Of a DNA stretch of 64,000 bases, positions 56,720 through 64,000 are shown piece by piece. The notes under the pieces are model-generated. The model saw only the letters and a program-made list of their open reading frames with translations. It was not told the origin of the DNA and did no database searches. The translations under genes and the position numbers were made by a program. The number at the start of each line of letters is the position of its first letter. The first letter of the stretch is position 1. The DNA lies in NCBI GenBank assembly GCA_049860595.1, contig CP187551.1; one strand, written 5' to 3'. The stretch comes from Methanocaldococcus sp. 16A (GTDB lineage Archaea > AGJL01 > Methanococci > Methanococcales > Methanocaldococcaceae).

Positions 56720-57712
56720 ATGGTTAAAATATTCTATGACAATGATGTAACCTTTGATGCAGTTAAAGATAAAACAATAGCAGTTATTGGTTATGGTAGT
56801 CAAGGAAGAGCTCAAGCATTGAACATGAAGGATAGTGGATTAAATGTTATAGTAGGTTTGAGACCTAATGGGGCTTCATGGAACAAGGCAATTAAAGATG
56901 GACACACAGTTATGACAATTGAAGAAGCAGCTGAAAAAGCAGATATCATCCATATATTAATACCAGATGAAGCTCAGCCAGCAGTTTATAAAAAGCAGAT
57001 TGAGCCTTATTTAACAGAAGGAAAAACCATAAGCTTCTCTCATGGATACAACATCCACTATGGGTTAATAAGACCACCAGAGAATGTTAATATAACAATG
57101 GTTGCACCAAAAAGCCCAGGAGCAATGGTTAGAAAAACTTATGAAGAAGGATTTGGAGTTCCTGGATTGGTTGCTGTTGAGAGAGATTACACAGGAGACG
57201 CTTTACAAATTGCCTTAGGAATGGCTAAAGGTATTGGATTAACAAGAGTTGGAGTAATACAAACAACATTTAGAGAAGAGACAGAGACAGATTTATTTGG
57301 AGAACAGGTTGTTTTATGTGGGGGAGTTACTGAGTTAATTAAAGCTGCATTTGAAACATTAGTTGAAGCTGGTTACGCTCCAGAGATGGCATACTTTGAA
57401 ACATGCCATGAGTTAAAGCTAATAGTTGATTTAATCTACCAAAAAGGATTACAAGGAATGTGGGAGAACGTTTCAAACACTGCTGAGTATGGAGGATTAA
57501 CAAGAAGAGCAAGAGTCATAAATGAAGAGTCAAGAAAGGCAATGAAAGAGATATTAAAAGAAATTCAAGATGGTAGATTTGCAAAAGAGTGGGGCTTAGA
57601 AAATATTGCTGGAGCTCCACAGTTGAATGCATTAAGAAGATTAGAGAAAGAGCATTTAATTGAGAAAGTAGGAAAAGAATTAAGAAAGATGTGCGGGTTG
57701 GAGAAAGAATAA
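56720..57712 (+). CDS. ilvC: Ketol-acid reductoisomerase
   Basis: [22 protein letters not shown] and SNTAEYG motifs. Confidence 0.97.
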   Translation: MVKIFYDNDVTFDAVKDKTIAVIGYGSQGRAQALNMKDSGLNVIVGLRPNGASWNKAIKDGHTVMTIEEAAEKADIIHILIPDEAQPAVYKKQIEPYLTEGKTISFSHGYNIHYGLIRPPENVNITMVAPKSPGAMVRKTYEEGFGVPGLVAVERDYTGDALQIALGMAKGIGLTRVGVIQTTFREETETDLFGEQVVLCGGVTELIKAAFETLVEAGYAPEMAYFETCHELKLIVDLIYQKGLQGMWENVSNTAEYGGLTRRARVINEESRKAMKEILKEIQDGRFAKEWGLENIAGAPQLNALRRLEKEHLIEKVGKELRKMCGLEKE

Positions 57713-57953
57713 GTTTTAATTTTTTATTATTTTAGTTTATAACTTTTTATTTCTTTATTTTTAATTTTTACTGTTTTATTTAAATGAAAGAAATCATTAT
57801 AATTTTTCGTTTTCTCATTAAACTTATATATTTACATATTTGTACATTAGCATATATATTTTCAAATATATATTCCGACAATAAACATAATACATTTCTA
57901 CAAAATCAAAAACTTTATATAATCATTAATATCTATTTTTATTTGTGATTAAT

Positions 57954-58649
57954 ATGGAGAAAGTGGCTATGTACATTATAGGAGATATTGTTTTAGCTGA
58001 AAATACTGGAAAGGCATTAAAAAAATGGAGGAATTTATTTAACATTCAACAGATTGAATTGGCTAAATACTTAAACGTTTCACCATCAGTTATAAGTGAT
58101 TATGAGGTAGGTAGGAGAAAAAATCCTGGAGTGAATATTATAAAAAAGTATGTTTTAGCATTGATAGAGATTGACAAAGAAAAAGGAGGACAAACAATAA
58201 AAGCATTAAAGAGAATTTTAGAAAAAAGTCCTTCAATGAAAGCAATTTTATCAATAAAAGAGTATGAAAATCCTATAACACTCGAAAAATTTGTAGAATT
58301 TATCAATGGTGAGATTGTCGTTGGAGAAAATTTAGAGACCCCAATATATGGGCACACAGTTGTTGATAGTATAAAGGCAATATTAGAAATGACTGGAGAG
58401 GATTTTTATCATTTATATGGATGGACTACTGAAAGAGCTTTGATATTCACAAATGTCTCAACTGGAAGAAGTCCAATGGTTGCTGTTAGGGTTAGTGTAA
58501 TGAAGCCGAGAGTTGTAGTTTTGCAAGGAATAGATAAAAATAAAATAGACAACTTGGCATTAAAATTGGCTGAGATTGATAATATTCCTCTAATAACTAC
58601 TCACTTAGATATAAAAGAGCTCATAAAAAGATTAAATGAGATAAAATAA
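57954..58649 (+). CDS. XRE-HTH transcriptional regulator (MJ1545-like)
   Basis: [27 protein letters not shown]; [11 protein letters not shown]. Confidence 0.85.
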   Translation: MEKVAMYIIGDIVLAENTGKALKKWRNLFNIQQIELAKYLNVSPSVISDYEVGRRKNPGVNIIKKYVLALIEIDKEKGGQTIKALKRILEKSPSMKAILSIKEYENPITLEKFVEFINGEIVVGENLETPIYGHTVVDSIKAILEMTGEDFYHLYGWTTERALIFTNVSTGRSPMVAVRVSVMKPRVVVLQGIDKNKIDNLALKLAEIDNIPLITTHLDIKELIKRLNEIK

Positions 58650-58659
58650 GGGGGAAATT

Positions 58660-60889
<2,230 letters not shown>

Positions 60890-60901
60890 TTCGGCGATAT
60901 T

Positions 60902-61138
60902 ATGGATAAAATTCTTAAAAAAATTATTATATTAGTAGTTGGGAGTATTTTATTCATTATATCTGACTTTATTATTGAGTATTATTTGTTTGATGGACTA
61001 AGTGTATTTCTATGGATTTCTGCAATAATATTTGTCTGTTTGTTTATAGTTGGATTTATAATATATGATAAAATTAAATTAAACATTCCTTATCTTCCAT
61101 TTAATAAAAATAATAAAAATAAAAACGTGAGAGATTGA
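60902..61138 (+). CDS. Small two-TM membrane protein
   Basis: Two hydrophobic segments; in operon context. Confidence 0.55.
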   Translation: MDKILKKIIILVVGSILFIISDFIIEYYLFDGLSVFLWISAIIFVCLFIVGFIIYDKIKLNIPYLPFNKNNKNKNVRD

Positions 61139-61323
61139 CAGAGAAATTCTGCCCGTTTATTAAAGGGATTTGTAAGAAAGATAGATGTATAATGTGGATT
61201 GGAGGAGAATGTAAGTTGGTTATGCTTATAGATTTATATATCTCATCAAAAATCTACGAGCTTTATGGTTATGAAGATGGAACTATAGAGGTTGATGTTG
61301 AAGAAGAACAAGATGCGAGTTGA
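61135..61323 (+). CDS. Small Cys-rich hypothetical protein
   Basis: [16 protein letters not shown]...C; 4-nt overlap coupling with both neighbours. Confidence 0.55.
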   Translation: MTEKFCPFIKGICKKDRCIMWIGGECKLVMLIDLYISSKIYELYGYEDGTIEVDVEEEQDAS

Positions 61324-61502
61324 TGGTTATGTGCAGCTGTAATTTATATTTTAATGGAGAATTGGTTATGGAAGATGTCTTGGTTGTAGAAAAAGTAGGA
61401 GACAAAATTATAGCCATTGATTTATTTGGAGAGAAAAAAGAATTTGCAGGAGAAATTAAAAAAATTGACTTAAATGAGAATAAGATTTTTATTGAGGGAT
61501 AA
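61320..61502 (+). CDS. CooT-family small protein
   Basis: MC...ELVMEDV...DLFGE...IKKIDL pattern. Confidence 0.7.
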   Translation: MMVMCSCNLYFNGELVMEDVLVVEKVGDKIIAIDLFGEKKEFAGEIKKIDLNENKIFIEG

Positions 61503-61504
61503 AT

Positions 61505-61900
61505 ATGGTTGTTAGAAGTTGGAGGCATATAAGAGAGAGATATAATTTAATCGGAGTTAGATGTAAGAATTGTGGAACTGTCTATTTTCCAACAAGGGAA
61601 ATATGTCCAAAATGTAGAAGAAAGACAGAGTTTGAAGAAATAAAATTGAGTGGAAAAGGGAAAATTTATACATACTCAGTTGTTCATGTTCCACCAAAGG
61701 ATTTTGAAAAACAAGCTCCTTATGTAATAGCAATAGTTGAATTAGAAGAAGGTCCAAAAATTACTGGGCAGATAGTAGATTGCAAGCCAGAAGATGTTTA
61801 TATAGGCATGCCTGTTGAAGCTGTATTTAGAAGAATCAAAGAAGATGGGGATGATGGGGTTATAACTTATGGTTATAAATTTAAACCTATTGAGAGTTAA
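61505..61900 (+). CDS. DUF35 Zn-ribbon/OB-fold scaffold of the thiolase-HMGS complex
   Basis: CKNCG..YFP.R..CPKC, PYVIAIVELEEG and YGYKF motifs. Confidence 0.92.
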   Translation: MVVRSWRHIRERYNLIGVRCKNCGTVYFPTREICPKCRRKTEFEEIKLSGKGKIYTYSVVHVPPKDFEKQAPYVIAIVELEEGPKITGQIVDCKPEDVYIGMPVEAVFRRIKEDGDDGVITYGYKFKPIES

Positions 61901-61993
61901 TTTTTAAAATTTTTTATTTTAGATTATAATTTATATATTTAAATATATGGATAATATAAAATCTTAGAGAAACTATAAAAATCATTATACTAT

Positions 61994-62015
61994 TATAGGA
62001 CTTTCGCAGGAATAA
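61994..62015 (+). mobile_element. Solo end of the MITE-like repeat upstream of aspS
   Basis: TATAGGACTTTCGCAGGAATAA with no matching right end. Confidence 0.7.
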
Positions 62016-62055
62016 TAGTATTTATTAAAAAACACATAATACAATGGTGAATAAA

Positions 62056-63360
62056 ATGAAGTGGAGAAGAAGCCATTACTCAGCAGAAATTACACCAGAA
62101 ATGGATGGACAAGAAGTTATTGTAATGGGTTGGGTTCATTCAATTAGAGCCTTAGGAAAGATTATATTCGTTATATTGAGAGATAGAGAAGGAATGGTTC
62201 AAATTGTAGCTCCAAAACAAAAAGTTGGAGAGGAATTATTTAGCCAAATAAAGAAGCTTGGAGCTGAAGATGTTATAGCTGTCAGAGGAAAAGTTATAGC
62301 TAACGAGAAAGCACCAAATGGATTTGAGATATTACCATTAGAGTTAGAAGTTTTAAACACTGCCCAAAGACCTCTACCTTTAGACCCTACTGAAAAAGTT
62401 CCAGCTGAGTTAGATACAAGATTAGAAAACAGATTTTTAGATTTGAGAAGACCAAAAATTCAAGCAATATTTAAGATTAGAAGTGAAATGCTAAAATCTG
62501 TAAGAAAAACATTATATGAAGAAGGATTTGTTGAAGTAAATACTCCAAAATTAGTCGCAAGTTGTACTGAAGGAGGGACAGAGCTCTTCCCAATATCATA
62601 CTTTGAGAGAGAGGCATTTTTAGGGCAGAGTCCTCAACTTTACAAGCAGATGTTAATGGCTACTGGATTAGATAGAGTATTTGAGATAGCCCCAATATTT
62701 AGAGCTGAAGAGCACAACACAAGAAGACATTTAAATGAGGCTACATCAATAGACATTGAGATGGCATTTGCTGATGATAAAGATGCTATGGATATATTAG
62801 AAAAGGTTGTTTATAACGCATTTATGGATGTTTATGAAAACAGAAAGAAAGAGATTGAAACTTTGGGAATAGAGTTTAATCTTCCAGATAAAAAGTTTGA
62901 TAGAATCACTTATGATGAAGCTATCGATATTGCAAATGCAAAGGGTGTTGAAATAGAATGGGGACAAGATTTGAGTAGAGAGGCAGAGAAAGCAATTGGA
63001 GAGGAGATGGGAGGTCTTTACTTTATAACCGACTGGCCAACAGAGACAAGGCCATTTTACACAATGCCAGATGAGAAAAATCCAAATATATGTAAGGCAT
63101 TTGACTTAATGTATAAAGATTTGGAAATCTCTTCAGGAGCTCAAAGAATTCATCTCTATGATTTATTAGTTGAAAATATTAAGAAAAAAGGATTAAACCC
63201 AGATGGATTTACTTACTACTTAGAAGCATTTAAGTATGGTATGCCACCACACGCTGGATGGGGTTTAGGAGCTGATAGATTCACTATGGTTTTAACTCAG
63301 CAAGAAAACATTAGAGAGTGTGTCCTATTCCCAAGAGATAGACAGAGATTGACTCCATAA
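62056..63360 (+). CDS. aspS: Aspartate--tRNA(Asp/Asn) ligase, archaeal
   Basis: [23 protein letters not shown] and [11 protein letters not shown] motifs. Confidence 0.97.
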   Translation: MKWRRSHYSAEITPEMDGQEVIVMGWVHSIRALGKIIFVILRDREGMVQIVAPKQKVGEELFSQIKKLGAEDVIAVRGKVIANEKAPNGFEILPLELEVLNTAQRPLPLDPTEKVPAELDTRLENRFLDLRRPKIQAIFKIRSEMLKSVRKTLYEEGFVEVNTPKLVASCTEGGTELFPISYFEREAFLGQSPQLYKQMLMATGLDRVFEIAPIFRAEEHNTRRHLNEATSIDIEMAFADDKDAMDILEKVVYNAFMDVYENRKKEIETLGIEFNLPDKKFDRITYDEAIDIANAKGVEIEWGQDLSREAEKAIGEEMGGLYFITDWPTETRPFYTMPDEKNPNICKAFDLMYKDLEISSGAQRIHLYDLLVENIKKKGLNPDGFTYYLEAFKYGMPPHAGWGLGADRFTMVLTQQENIRECVLFPRDRQRLTP

Positions 63361-63410
63361 TTTTTGAATACAATTTTTCTATTTTTGTAACTTTTAGGAT
63401 AATTTTATTA

Positions 63411-63508
63411 AATAGGACTTTCGCAGGAATAAATTTTTTATTGAACATGGAGACACCTTTAAGGTGTTTAAATTCCAAATTAATATATAAAGCTGCGAAA
63501 GTCCTATT
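63411..63508 (+). mobile_element. MITE-like palindromic repeat (GGACTTTCGCAG family)
   Basis: Perfect ends AATAGGACTTTCGCAG / CTGCGAAAGTCCTATT; internal ACACCT-tta-AGGTGT. Confidence 0.9.
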
Positions 63509-63536
63509 AAAACTACTATTTTTTATTGTGATATTT

Positions 63537-64000
63537 ATGAAATATCAAAAGATTGGAGATGTAGTTATAGTTAAAAAAGAATTAAATGAAGAAGAGATTA
63601 AGGAGATTATAAAAAGAACAAAATGTAAAACAATTGTTTTATACACAACACAAATAACTGGGGAGTTTAGAACTCCACATGTAAAAATCTTGTTTGGAAA
63701 AGAGACAGAAACAATACATAAAGAGTATGGATGCTTATTTAAGTTAGATATATCTAAAATTATGTGGAGTCAGGGAAATATTGAGGAAAGAAAAAGAATG
63801 GCATTTATTAGCAATGAAAATGAAGTAGTTGTCGATATGTTTGCTGGAATTGGTTATTTTACAATCCCATTAGCTAAATACTCAAAACCAAAGTTAATTT
63901 ATGCTATAGAAAAGAATCCTACAGCTTATCACTATTTATGTGAAAATATTAAGCTAAATAAACTAAACAATGTAATTCCAATTTTAGCTGATAATAGAGA
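63537..64000 (+). CDS. taw2: tRNA wyosine aminocarboxypropyltransferase Taw2 (Trm5/Met10+ family), truncated by the window end
   Basis: Translated by hand: MKYQKIGDV...ETIHKEYGC...WSQGNIEERKRM...VDMFAGIGYF...AIEKNP. Confidence 0.85.
   Translation, partial: MKYQKIGDVVIVKKELNEEEIKEIIKRTKCKTIVLYTTQITGEFRTPHVKILFGKETETIHKEYGCLFKLDISKIMWSQGNIEERKRMAFISNENEVVVDMFAGIGYFTIPLAKYSKPKLIYAIEKNPTAYHYLCENIKLNKLNNVIPILADNR

Overview
AT-rich chromosome segment from a hyperthermophilic methanogen. The gene content, order and codon style match Methanocaldococcus, with blocks corresponding (from recalled gene order) to M. jannaschii MJ0547-0564, MJ0252-0272, MJ1388-1391 and MJ1526-1557. Most of the window is housekeeping and methanogen cofactor genes: minD, connectase, nikR, purA, alaS, comA/D/E, cfbE, intein-containing aIF5B, the por operon, dapL, mer, pstK, dadD, ilvC, HMG-CoA synthase/thiolase/DUF35 and aspS. 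Accessory features are a cas-less CRISPR array (about 65 intact plus 2 degenerate 30-bp repeats), a broken prokaryotic Argonaute with an intact DEDD tetrad, and three families of short palindromic repeats. The most unusual signal is a ~65-bp two-hairpin module directly behind the stop codon of two unrelated genes (a C5-methyltransferase and porB). In both cases it is followed by a second, synonymously diverged copy of that gene's last 12-22 codons, which looks like element-linked replacement of gene 3' ends by foreign alleles. No tRNA or rRNA genes were seen.
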